Shown: positions 18,608-27,128, counted from the stretch's first letter. The stretch is 35,821 nt of DNA from Aestuariivirga sp. (GCA_046594995.1 JBKJQU010000467.1:1-35821); one strand, 5' to 3'. Notes: a model not told the origin generated them from the sequence alone. Numbers and translations: made by a program.

Positions 18608-20416
18608 ATGAGGCCATTACCAGCTGTGGTCTATCGCGAACAGAGTCTTGGCCCAGCACCGGGGCAAGGCCTGGTCAACGGCCTCGCCATTTTCCTCGCG
18701 ATCTGCGCCATCTTATATTTCGGCAGCGAGATCCTGATACCGATGGCACTTGCGCTGCTGCTGTCGATCCTACTGGCACCTTTGGTGTCGATGTTGCAAC
18801 GTCTGAGACTGCCCAAGGCAGTGGCAGCGATCAGTGCCGTACTGACGGCGTTCGCTATTCTATCGGTGATTGCAGTAGTGGTAGGATCTACGCTTGCCAA
18901 TCTGGCAGCTGATCTTCCCTCATATGAGTCAAGTCTGCGCGAAAAGGCACACAACCTAAAGGCAATGACCTCCGGTGGAGGAACGCTGGAGCGCGCTGCA
19001 GACGTTCTTGAGGATCTTCGCACGGAACTCCAGTCTCCGGATATTAAGCAGCCTGGCGCTGTTTCAGAGCCGAAGCCAATTCCCGTTGAAGTGCGTGAGC
19101 CCGGTTTTGGCCCCTTTAGTTCGGTGTTCACGATCCTTGGCATTCTTGTCCATCCGCTGACGCAGCTGGGCATCGTGGTTCTGATGGTCACGTTCATTCT
19201 GATTTATCGCGAGGACTTGCGGAACCGACTGATCAGGCTGGCGGGAACAGGCGATCTTCACCGGACGACCACGGCGCTTGACGAGGCCGGCAGCAGACTG
19301 AGCAGGCTATTCGCCACACAGTTGATGATCAATGCCATGACTGGCGCTTTCATCGGCACGGCGTTGTTCTTCCTCGGTGTGCCAGGCGCAATTTTGTGGG
19401 GTGTGCTGACGACCGTGCTGCGCTTCATACCCTACGTGGGAACGTTCCTGGCCTCGGTGTTCCCGATCATCATTGCGGTTGCCGCAGGCGACGGTTGGAC
19501 TCTGGCCTTGACGACCATTGGCGTTGTTCTGACGACTGAACTGATCGTCGGACAGATTCTTGAACCGTTGTTTTTCGGAAAGTCTACCGGGCTTTCGCCG
19601 GTGGCAATCGTCGCCGCTGCAGCTTTCTGGACAGCATTGTGGGGCCCTCTCGGACTGGTGCTGGCAACGCCCATCACCATCGTGCTGCTGGTCGTGGGGC
19701 GGCACATTGAGGCGTTGGAATTTCTTGAGGTACTGCTGGGTTCGACACCCGTTTTGACGCCCGATCATGTTTTTTATCAGCGTATGCTGGCCAGTGATCC
19801 GGTGGAAGCTGGCGAACAGGCCGACGCATATCGGGAAACCGGCGAGCTCGGCAAGTACCTGACCGACGTCGTCATCCCGGGATTGCTGCTAGCGCAACAT
19901 GACAAGGACAGGAAAGTGCTTCCCCCCGACCGTGAGATCTCGGTCGTCAGCACATATTCGCAATTGCTGGATGATGTGTGGCCCGCTGCAGACGCGAAAT
20001 CAGATGCAGCGTCTTCTGTGCTTCTCATTTCCGCGCATGGAGCGCTGAACTTTGCGGCAACTTTGTCTGTTTCGGCCTTTTTGCGTTTGAAACATATTCC
20101 GCACCGCCTTTTGCCGCAGGAAGCGATCACGCCAGACAAGTTTCCGGAAGATCAAGCGAAAGGTGCCCAGTTCGTCTGCCTCTGCTATCTTCAGGCTCCC
20201 TCTGCCGCGAAGTATTCCTACCTGGAGAAGCGCATCAGCATGCGCCTGCCGGAGGCTAGAGTGCTTGGTCTTGCGTGGCGTGATACCGAGGACGGGCGCA
20301 CCATGATCAATCCCGAACATGCAGCGGCAATGTTGCCTGCGCCCGTCACGCCTGATGCCGAAAACGTGAAGTTTTCAGAGCAGGCCGTTTCGGAGTTTTC
20401 TGCCGCAACATCATGA
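18608..20416 (+). CDS. AI-2E family transporter with a C-terminal soluble domain
   Basis: Hydrophobic helices; EDLRNRLIRL, LRFIPYVG, LEP..FG.STGLSP and LWGP.GLVLATP motifs. Alternative start ATG 18530. Confidence 0.88.
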   Translation: MRPLPAVVYREQSLGPAPGQGLVNGLAIFLAICAILYFGSEILIPMALALLLSILLAPLVSMLQRLRLPKAVAAISAVLTAFAILSVIAVVVGSTLANLAADLPSYESSLREKAHNLKAMTSGGGTLERAADVLEDLRTELQSPDIKQPGAVSEPKPIPVEVREPGFGPFSSVFTILGILVHPLTQLGIVVLMVTFILIYREDLRNRLIRLAGTGDLHRTTTALDEAGSRLSRLFATQLMINAMTGAFIGTALFFLGVPGAILWGVLTTVLRFIPYVGTFLASVFPIIIAVAAGDGWTLALTTIGVVLTTELIVGQILEPLFFGKSTGLSPVAIVAAAAFWTALWGPLGLVLATPITIVLLVVGRHIEALEFLEVLLGSTPVLTPDHVFYQRMLASDPVEAGEQADAYRETGELGKYLTDVVIPGLLLAQHDKDRKVLPPDREISVVSTYSQLLDDVWPAADAKSDAASSVLLISAHGALNFAATLSVSAFLRLKHIPHRLLPQEAITPDKFPEDQAKGAQFVCLCYLQAPSAAKYSYLEKRISMRLPEARVLGLAWRDTEDGRTMINPEHAAAMLPAPVTPDAENVKFSEQAVSEFSAATS

Positions 20417-20467
20417 TTCTACGGTTATTTTTGAATATTTTCCACAGGGTGTAAGTTCAATTCCTTC

Positions 20468-20492
20468 GGAACTACACGGAATCCCAGCCGTT
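20468..20492 (+). promoter_or_regulatory. sigma-EcfG promoter (csbD)
   Basis: Perfect GGAAC-N16-CGTT. Confidence 0.8.
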
Positions 20493-20540
20493 ACATACCT
20501 ATATCCACTACTTCAAATTCTGAGAACAGGAGAGCACGGC

Positions 20541-20738
20541 ATGGATTGGGATCGCATTGAAGGTAACTGGAAGATTTTTAAAGGCAACGCCAAGTCACAG
20601 TGGGGTAAACTCACGGATGACGATCTGGATGTAATAGAAGGTCGGCGGGAAGAACTCGAAGGCCGTCTGCAGAGTTCCTATGGCTTTGAGAAGGATCGTG
20701 CCCGCAGTGAAGTGGATAGCTGGCTAAAATCGCTCTGA
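20541..20738 (+). CDS. csbD: CsbD family general stress protein
   Basis: MDWDRIEGNWK..KG..K..WGKLTDDDL....G.RE.L.G.LQ..YG; AGGAGA RBS. Confidence 0.93.
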   Translation: MDWDRIEGNWKIFKGNAKSQWGKLTDDDLDVIEGRREELEGRLQSSYGFEKDRARSEVDSWLKSL

Positions 20739-20782
20739 ATCAGTCAGCGACTCAAGATCTCTTCCGATAAAGGAACAAGATT

Positions 20783-20956
20783 ATGCGCTACTTTGTGGTG
20801 TTAGTGTTGACTTTGTGCCAGTTCACGGCATTGCCGTTTCTTTCGATGGTGGCGGCCAACACCGCACGGCAACAGGTCAATGCGGTTGAGCTAACAGGCA
20901 ATCACGCTGCCAATACCCAAAATGTGACGACCGTCTTCAAGACGGTGTCAATGTAA
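20783..20956 (+). CDS. 57-aa hypothetical protein with a signal-peptide-like N-terminus (not in the ORF track)
   Basis: MRYFVVLVLTLCQFTALPFLSMVAANTARQQVNAVELTGNHAANTQNVTTVFKTVSM*, with an AAGGA RBS, 44 nt after csbD. Confidence 0.5.
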   Translation: MRYFVVLVLTLCQFTALPFLSMVAANTARQQVNAVELTGNHAANTQNVTTVFKTVSM

Positions 20957-21262
20957 CAGGTTTCTACACTTTCGGCTAAGCACAGGGCTTGGAATATATC
21001 CCAGGTCCTGTGCATCGTGCTTACGATAAAAACGATTCAATACCGATAAAAATTGCAACCCAGAACATGATTTTAGCACCTCCCATGGCATTGCCAGTGA
21101 CTCCTCCAAAGCCGAGGAGCATCGTGCTGTCGCTTTAGGGCATTGGGCGAGCAAGTGGAATCACTTGCGATGCGAAAAATGCGCCAGAATCTAAGCTTTC
21201 GAACAACTTATCGGCAAATAGACCGCCGGCTGCTCAGCAAAATTCCGGAGCGTTCTCCCCGT

Positions 21263-21862
21263 TCAATCTACGGATGAACGCACGGCAAGTGCAGCCTGGA
21301 CGCCAGGTTCCGGACCAAATTCAGATGCCTCCTTGAGGTGCAGGATCTCACCCAACTTGACACGCGCGCGGTTGACGCGGCTTTTGATCGTGCCCACCGC
21401 AACACCGCAGATGATTGCAGCTTCCTCGTAGGACATATCGCTGGCACTTACCAGAAGAAGCGCTTCCCGCTGATCGACGGGCAACAGCCCGAGAGCCACC
21501 TGCATGTCGCTAAGATCCATAAAGCTGTGCTGCGCGGGATGAACGCCGACATTGGCGGCGATGATGCCATCGGCATCCTCGACCTCACGCTTGCGCTTGC
21601 GGAACACTGTATAGAACTCATTGCGCAGAATAGTGAAGAGCCAGGCCTTAAGCTTTGTGCCAGGTTCGAAACTGGCCCGGTTTGCCCATGCCTTGAGCAG
21701 GGTTTCCTGCACAAGATCGTCTGCCCGATCAACTTTCCCTGTCAGTGAAATTGCAAAAGCCCGCAAAGGCGGGATAAAGGCAATCAGATCGTTCTTGAAT
21801 TCACGATCATTCATCACCGGACGCGCGGCCTGTCGGACTAAAAACTTTTCCATCTGAGTCAA
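21263..21862 (-). CDS. ecfG: ECF15 sigma factor sigma-EcfG (SigT/RpoE2)
   Basis: LRAFAISLTG..DRADDLVQET..KAW, AWLFTILRN, QREAL.L, YEEAA.ICG..VGTIKSRVNRAR; downstream of nepR and divergent from phyR. Start is TTG 21862 (overlaps the nepR stop), ATG 21853 or ATG 21814. Confidence 0.92.
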   Translation of the reverse strand: MTQMEKFLVRQAARPVMNDREFKNDLIAFIPPLRAFAISLTGKVDRADDLVQETLLKAWANRASFEPGTKLKAWLFTILRNEFYTVFRKRKREVEDADGIIAANVGVHPAQHSFMDLSDMQVALGLLPVDQREALLLVSASDMSYEEAAIICGVAVGTIKSRVNRARVKLGEILHLKEASEFGPEPGVQAALAVRSSVD

Positions 21863-22032
21863 TCTTGAAGCTCGTCAGCCTTGTCGAGATCCTTAAGAAG
21901 ATCGAGGAAACGTTGCGGCACATCTTGCCGCGAAATATCGTCATAGTAAGTCTTGAGCTTGCTACTCACGGCTTCCTTGACCACGTGCTGGGCATTAGAG
22001 GCCCGTGACTTCTTCACCTGTTTATCGCTCAT
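21859..22032 (-). CDS. nepR: Anti-sigma factor NepR (57 aa; not in the ORF track)
   Basis: MSDKQVKKSRASNAQHVVKEAVSSKLKTYYDDISRQDVPQRFLDLLKDLDKADELQD* matches the NepR core L..YD.....VP.RF.DLL..L, in the canonical position. Confidence 0.88.
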   Translation of the reverse strand: MSDKQVKKSRASNAQHVVKEAVSSKLKTYYDDISRQDVPQRFLDLLKDLDKADELQD

Positions 22033-22086
22033 GATAGTTATTTCGCGCGCCCCCGACCGCTGCTTTGCAACGGTTTATTGGTCCAT

Positions 22087-22111
22087 AATGCATTCAGCTC
22101 ATCTTTGTTCC
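22087..22111 (-). promoter_or_regulatory. sigma-EcfG promoter (nepR-ecfG)
   Basis: Minus-strand GGAAC-N16-CATT. Confidence 0.75.
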
Positions 22112-22129
22112 GTAAGAATTAAAAAATGT

Positions 22130-22154
22130 GGAACTAAAGGCAAAGATTTGCGTT
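22130..22154 (+). promoter_or_regulatory. sigma-EcfG promoter (phyR)
   Basis: Perfect GGAAC-N16-CGTT. Confidence 0.8.
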
Positions 22155-22211
22155 ACTCCAATATATCATCTAGCAGGGAGGGCCGTGGCGTCAAGCCATG
22201 CCAATGATTTC

Positions 22212-23006
22212 ATGAGTTTATCTGCATCCGTGGCGCCGCACCTTCCCTTTTTGCGGCGTTTTGCGCGTGCCTTGACCGGAACCCAAGGCAGCGGCGACGC
22301 CTATGTTGCCGCCGTTCTTGAGAGTCTGATTGCCGATCCGTCCATCCTGACCACATCCGACAATCCCAAGATCACGCTCTATCAAACGCTTTGCACCCTG
22401 TGGGGTTCACTTCCTGTCAACGGTGCCAGCGATACAATCCAACCGAGCTGGGAGGCAACTGTTCAGGGCAGGCTTGCGCATTTGCCCGGCCCAGCCCGCC
22501 AGGTGTTCTTGTTGTCTGCCGTCGAGGGTTTTGAAAGGGGCGATATTGGCCGGATCATCAAGCGCGAGGATTCCGAGGTGGAATCACTGTTTGAGGAAGC
22601 CAACCAGCAAATCTCAGAGATGATTGTCAGCGACATCCTGATCATTGAAGACGAGCCGCTCATTGCTCTCGATATCGAGGACACGATCATATCACTTGGT
22701 CACCGCTCGGTTGGAATTGCACGCACTCACAAGGAGGCCGTGAAGCTTGCCCGTGAGAAACGGCCACAGCTCGTACTGTCTGATATTCAGCTCGCTGATG
22801 GAAGCTCGGGCATCGATGCGGTGAACGATATTCTTTCAAGCTTCGATGTGCCGGTGATTTTCATCACTGCCTTTCCCGAACGCCTGCTGACGGGCGAGCG
22901 TCCCGAGCCCGCTTTCCTTATAACCAAGCCATTCTCGCCCGAAATGGTGAAGGCGCTTATTGCGCAGGCTTTATTTTTCGATCTTCGGTCAAAGAAGGCG
23001 GCGTAA
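22212..23006 (+). CDS. phyR: Anti-anti-sigma response regulator PhyR
   Basis: N-terminal sigma-like domain (HLPFLRRFARALTG.Q.SGDAYV) plus a receiver domain (IIEDE, DIQLADGSSG, FITAFPE, KPF). Start set at ATG 22212. Confidence 0.95.
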   Translation: MSLSASVAPHLPFLRRFARALTGTQGSGDAYVAAVLESLIADPSILTTSDNPKITLYQTLCTLWGSLPVNGASDTIQPSWEATVQGRLAHLPGPARQVFLLSAVEGFERGDIGRIIKREDSEVESLFEEANQQISEMIVSDILIIEDEPLIALDIEDTIISLGHRSVGIARTHKEAVKLAREKRPQLVLSDIQLADGSSGIDAVNDILSSFDVPVIFITAFPERLLTGERPEPAFLITKPFSPEMVKALIAQALFFDLRSKKAA

Positions 23007-23029
23007 ACTTTCAAGTATTTCATGAGAAA

Positions 23030-23052
23030 GACCCGGTGTACTCTACCGGGTC
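23030..23052. terminator. Hairpin between phyR and the convergent small ORF
   Basis: GACCCGGT-gtactct-ACCGGGTC. Confidence 0.55.
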
Positions 23053-23078
23053 CCTTATCATCGGTTAAACCAGTCCCT

Positions 23079-23150
23079 TCAGAAGAACAGATAAAGCAGG
23101 ACGATCACCGTGAGCGGGACACCAAGAATCCAGAGTAATATGCCTGCCAT
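23079..23150 (-). CDS. 23-aa single-transmembrane peptide (not in the ORF track)
   Basis: MAGILLWILGVPLTVIVLLYLFF*, with a strong AGGAGG RBS, its own EcfG promoter and a downstream hairpin. Confidence 0.75.
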   Translation of the reverse strand: MAGILLWILGVPLTVIVLLYLFF

Positions 23151-23180
23151 CAAATCCTCCTGTGATTGATATACTTCCGC

Positions 23181-23205
23181 AATGCGGGTGGGGAGGCTTG
23201 GTTCC
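23181..23205 (-). promoter_or_regulatory. sigma-EcfG promoter (23-aa peptide)
   Basis: Minus-strand GGAAC-N16-CATT, 30 nt upstream of the ATG. Confidence 0.7.
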
Positions 23206-23255
23206 AAAGAGCACATAGTGAAGCTTCACACACCAATGACGATATGCGAGGGGCG

Positions 23256-24239
23256 ATGACAGCTTCAACTGGCAGCACCACGGCAAGCGAGATTGCCACC
23301 CCCCAAGGACGGCGTGCGGTTGTGCTGATCAATGCCCAGTCTGGCACTGTCAGGAGCATGGGCGTTGAGGCTGTGCGCCAACTCCTTGAAACAGAACTGG
23401 CGAAATGGCCGCAGAAAACTGAATTCCGCATTGTCAATGGCGCAGACATCGAACAGGCCGTAAAAGGTCTTATTGCTGATGGTGATGTTTCATCGGTGAT
23501 TGCGGGTGGTGGTGATGGCACGATCACCAGCATTGCCGGTCAGCTGGCTGGAAAGAACATTGCCCTTGGCATTCTTCCGCTGGGCACGATGAATCTGATG
23601 GCGAAATCGCTGGAAATCGGCCCGGATCTGACCCAGGCACTTGCGCAACTCGGCAACGCGGAACAGCGGATGATTGACGTTGGTCGCGTAGATGGGCGGG
23701 TTTTTCTGCACCACCTGTCCTTGGGTATTCAGCCACGCATGGTGCGCGTTCGCGAGAAACTCGGCTATAGCTCGCGTTTGACCAAGATGCTGGCCGGTGC
23801 CAGGGCGATGCTTTCAGTAATCTTGAAGCCGCAATCACTGCGGCTGAAGGCTGAAATTGATGGAAGGCCGGTCGAGTTGAAGGCCCCTGCCCTTGTAATC
23901 AGCAACAACCGTTATGAAAATTCCGTCTGGATGAAACATAGTGGCCTCGATGAAGGTCTGCTTGGGCTTTATGCTGTGAAGCCCATGTCGAAGTTCGCTT
24001 TCATGAAGCTGGCGTTGGACATGCTCCGCGGCCGCTGGCGTGACAATCTGAACGTCATTGAGGACACTGCTCAGCATGTGAGGCTGGAGAAGCGCCGTCG
24101 TTTCGGAGGCAAGAGCAATGCCATCCTGGCAACGCTGGACGGCGAAGTGGCCCTGTTGAACTCACCTATCGATGTACGCATTGATCCGCAGGCCCTCAGA
24201 GTGCTTACGCCTCGTAGAACCGGTGCGACACCAGACTGA
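23256..24239 (+). CDS. Diacylglycerol/lipid kinase family protein (DAGK/YegS-like)
   Basis: LINAQSG, AGGGDGT, ILPLGTMNLMA, IDVG, SNN.Y and LDGE motifs. Start set at ATG 23256 with a GAGGGG RBS. Confidence 0.88.
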   Translation: MTASTGSTTASEIATPQGRRAVVLINAQSGTVRSMGVEAVRQLLETELAKWPQKTEFRIVNGADIEQAVKGLIADGDVSSVIAGGGDGTITSIAGQLAGKNIALGILPLGTMNLMAKSLEIGPDLTQALAQLGNAEQRMIDVGRVDGRVFLHHLSLGIQPRMVRVREKLGYSSRLTKMLAGARAMLSVILKPQSLRLKAEIDGRPVELKAPALVISNNRYENSVWMKHSGLDEGLLGLYAVKPMSKFAFMKLALDMLRGRWRDNLNVIEDTAQHVRLEKRRRFGGKSNAILATLDGEVALLNSPIDVRIDPQALRVLTPRRTGATPD

Positions 24240-24262
24240 CAGACCATCCTACTGACAGACAG

Positions 24263-24287
24263 GGAACCAACACTCTCCAGCCGCGTT
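24263..24287 (+). promoter_or_regulatory. sigma-EcfG promoter (Thr/Pro-rich protein)
   Basis: Perfect GGAAC-N16-CGTT. Confidence 0.8.
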
Positions 24288-24337
24288 GGTGCAGCGTCGA
24301 ACACAAATCTTGTCAACGACGCCAGGAGATAAACACG

Positions 24338-24730
24338 ATGGCCGACAATATCGAAAACAACTACAATCAGAAAACTCCGAGGCCAGACTCTTCGTCCGCC
24401 ACGGGCTGGATTCTGGGTGCGATTATCGCGCTCGCAGCCATTGCTGCGATCTGGTATTACGGGATGCGCAGTGGCGACACGACAAATGTGACGGTCGAAC
24501 AGCCGACAACGACAGTTCCCGCAACGCCTCCTGCAGATACTTCAGGCTCATCTACTACGACGACGACAACTCCGCCCGCCGAAACGGGCACCACAACGAC
24601 GACGCCTCCGGCCGATACAGGCACGACGACCACAACGACAACTCCGCCTGCAGATACCGGGACGACAACCACAACAACGCCCCCGGCTCCGGAAACGGCG
24701 CCCGCCACTCCTCCAGCTGCGAATCCATAA
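24338..24730 (+). CDS. Single-TM protein with a Thr/Pro-rich repetitive tail
   Basis: TM segment WILGAIIALAAIAAIWYY followed by six TPPA units separated by Thr runs. AGGAGA RBS, promoter and terminator present. Confidence 0.8.
   Translation: MADNIENNYNQKTPRPDSSSATGWILGAIIALAAIAAIWYYGMRSGDTTNVTVEQPTTTVPATPPADTSGSSTTTTTTPPAETGTTTTTPPADTGTTTTTTTPPADTGTTTTTTPPAPETAPATPPAANP
24520..24727 (+). repeat. Imperfect coding tandem repeat (T4-7)PPA(D/E)TG
   Basis: ACN-codon runs alternating with CCN-CCN-GCN; synonymous codons vary between copies. Confidence 0.75.
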
Positions 24731-24739
24731 TCGCTATCA

Positions 24740-24785
24740 TTAAGAATGGCGGGCATGGGTTCTCTCCAATGCCCGCCATTCTTAA
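24740..24785. terminator. Long hairpin between convergent genes
   Basis: Perfect 17-bp stem TTAAGAATGGCGGGCAT / ATGCCCGCCATTCTTAA. Confidence 0.75.
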
Positions 24786-24793
24786 ATCCCAAT

Positions 24794-25555
24794 TCAGGTA
24801 CGATCGCTGTCGGCGGGATAAACGCCTTTCAACACCTTTTCAAAATGTGCCTTGACAGCTTCATGACATCCACAAGCGCGAGCCCTGAGGCGGGCCTCAT
24901 CGCGAACCACCAAATGGCCCCGGCGGACGGCCAAAGTGCCATCTTCCTTGAACGTGCCGATGACACGGCTGATATAACTGCGGCCCACGCCCAGCATGCC
25001 GGCAAGCCGTTCCTGCGTGAGTGGCACTTCGCGTGAGCCAGACCTTTCGATCGCCGCGCCAATCCACTTTGCAGTGCGCTGTTCAATGCTGTGGGCAGCA
25101 TTGCACGCCGCAGACTGAAAGAGTTGCGCCATAAGACAATCGGCATAGCGCGCAAACAGGTTTTCAATGGTTCGCGAGCGTTCCTTGCATTCGTCAAGCA
25201 CACTGACGGGAAGCGTAAGCAGGTCACCGCCGCTCTGGATCGCGATCTTTGAGAACGCCGGAAGGCTTCCCTGGCTTACGATGCCGCCTACCGCCCCTTC
25301 CCGGCCGACCAGCAGTGATTCAACTGCGCCGCCATCTTCGGTGGATACCAGAAATGACACCAACGTGCTGTAGCAGGGAAAATATACTGTCTGCACGCTC
25401 TGCCCTGGATCGTATAGACTCGTGTTCGACTCCGCATGGACCGACCGCAGATGCGGACGCAACAGTTCAAGCTCGGATGGCCTGAGATGCGACAACAAGT
25501 TGTTGCCGCTCAACAGTGTTGCAATGAGAGCGGAATTCTCGACGGGAGGCGGCAT
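24794..25555 (-). CDS. Crp/Fnr-family transcriptional regulator
   Basis: N.LL..L, VYFP, VGREG.VG, Q.AACNA.H.IEQR..KW and HTH LTQE.LA.MLGVGR..I motifs. Confidence 0.9.
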   Translation of the reverse strand: MPPPVENSALIATLLSGNNLLSHLRPSELELLRPHLRSVHAESNTSLYDPGQSVQTVYFPCYSTLVSFLVSTEDGGAVESLLVGREGAVGGIVSQGSLPAFSKIAIQSGGDLLTLPVSVLDECKERSRTIENLFARYADCLMAQLFQSAACNAAHSIEQRTAKWIGAAIERSGSREVPLTQERLAGMLGVGRSYISRVIGTFKEDGTLAVRRGHLVVRDEARLRARACGCHEAVKAHFEKVLKGVYPADSDRT

Positions 25556-25684
25556 GAGCGTTCACCAGTGCACAGACGGGGCATTTGAACAGCGTTACGT
25601 GTGGAATGAAAAGGAAACTACGCTGCCGCAATTTTTCTTATCCATCTGCGAAGCTCGCAATAGTTCCACAGTAACAGTTAGGCT

Positions 25685-25709
25685 AATGCCACATGCTGCC
25701 GTTTGTTCC
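25685..25709 (-). promoter_or_regulatory. sigma-EcfG-type promoter (crp-like gene)
   Basis: Minus-strand GGAAC-N16-CATT, about 130 nt upstream of the ATG. Confidence 0.55.
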
Positions 25710-26077
25710 GGGTAAACAGACGCTCAGTCATTCCAGTGCAAAGTTCCGAGTCATGACACCCGTTTTTCCGATCCGGGCCGTGTTTTCCAGCTCCAATCTT
25801 GCCTGGTAGTTCAATAGGATACGATTATCATCATTGGTGTTGAGCGCACGTTGCGGCAGCGGTGTTCGACACCGATCCAGACAGCAACCAAGCCGGCAAA
25901 ACCAAGGCGTTTGGAATGCTGGAAGAAATTCACTTCGCCATTAGTGACTATGAACTGGACCACCTTGCCAGTACCCTGTGCCGGTACTGTCCAAGCCCTT
26001 ACCACGGCGGTGATACCGGACATGCTGATGCAACTGACAACCAGTCGCGAAGCCGCGAACCCTCACCGGTTTTGCGG

Positions 26078-26956
26078 TTAAGAGCCCCGCTTCCTTTTTC
26101 CGGAAAGACTTGCGTCAAGAAAGGCCGCGAAGGCATCCTTGTAATCTGGATGCCAGCGCGATAGTGGCGGACGATTCTCGATGATGTCATCCATTGCCCA
26201 GCGCATGCGAAGTTCGTCGATTTCGCGGGTAACGCTGTTGTCAGGACACAAGATGTAGAAATCGCCTGCCACCATTCTTTGCATCATGAAGTCCGTCACC
26301 TGTTCCGCACTCCATGCGGCATCGGGCTTGGTTTGCGTGTGCACACGGGTGAAACCCGTGAATGTGAAACCCGGAATCAGGAGATGCGCCGTGATGCGGC
26401 AATCTTCAACGTTGCGAAGCTCGTGCGCGAGCGCTTCTGTCACAACCTTTATGCCAGCCTTCGAGACATTATAGGCGGTGTCACCCGGAGGGCAGGTAAT
26501 GCCCTGCTTCGATCCGGTGTTAACGACAGCACAACGTGTTCCTTGTTCCTGCATGCACGGTACAAAGGCCTGAATGCCATTGATGACGCCCCACAGGTTG
26601 ACATCGATGATCTTCAGCCAGCGTGCGCGTTCACCGAAAAGCTGGCCGCCGCCTTCGGTGCCAGCGTTGTTCATGAGAAAAGCGACTTCGCCAAAATTCG
26701 CATAGACGCGATCCCGCAGGCGTTCGACTTCCTCGATCCGGCTGACATCTGTTGGAATGGCGATGACATCTCCTGCGTTGCGGGCGTGCAAGCGGACCGA
26801 GGCGGCAGCAGACTCAAGGGCGGCCTCGTTCACGTCCGTAATGCATATTTTCATGCCGAGGGCGGCGAGCCTCTCCGCAGTGGACAGACCAATGCCGCTG
26901 GCACCTCCTGTGATGACGGCTACTCGGGATGGAGCGAATGCGGGATGACTTGTCAT
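26078..26956 (-). CDS. SDR family NAD(P)-dependent oxidoreductase
   Basis: ITGGASGIG, NNAG, NTGS and YNVSK motifs. Confidence 0.9.
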   Translation of the reverse strand: MTSHPAFAPSRVAVITGGASGIGLSTAERLAALGMKICITDVNEAALESAAASVRLHARNAGDVIAIPTDVSRIEEVERLRDRVYANFGEVAFLMNNAGTEGGGQLFGERARWLKIIDVNLWGVINGIQAFVPCMQEQGTRCAVVNTGSKQGITCPPGDTAYNVSKAGIKVVTEALAHELRNVEDCRITAHLLIPGFTFTGFTRVHTQTKPDAAWSAEQVTDFMMQRMVAGDFYILCPDNSVTREIDELRMRWAMDDIIENRPPLSRWHPDYKDAFAAFLDASLSGKRKRGS

Positions 26957-27128
26957 GTGCGGGCTTTCTGCTTTGGTTTCAATGCGATCTGACGAGGACA
27001 GCCTCCCGTGTCAAGTACGGCGAATTCCGGATAGCTGCCATGCGGATCGGGCTTGAATCCAGCACGGCACTCGACGCGGCGCCCAATGCGGCGGTAAGCT
27101 CGGCTTCCCGCATTGGAGACGGCATAAT

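Noticed and set aside
24520-24727. Possible CRISPR or non-coding tandem array
   Set aside because: The repeats are in-frame, degenerate at third codon positions and have no unique spacers; no cas genes are present.
24457-24792. Val/Gly-repeat ORF on the minus strand
   Set aside because: It is the mirror of the Thr/Pro repeat gene; the plus-strand gene has the promoter, RBS and TM segment.
25643-25667. Additional GGAAC boxes (25667-, 25747-, 32296-, 20772+, 6467-)
   Set aside because: None has a CGTT/CATT-like -10 element at 16-17 nt spacing.
25710-26077. Short ORFs (25811-26023 -, 25851-26081 +, 25862-26164 +) in the crp-SDR gap
   Set aside because: None has a convincing RBS or motif and they overlap one another; the gap remains unexplained.
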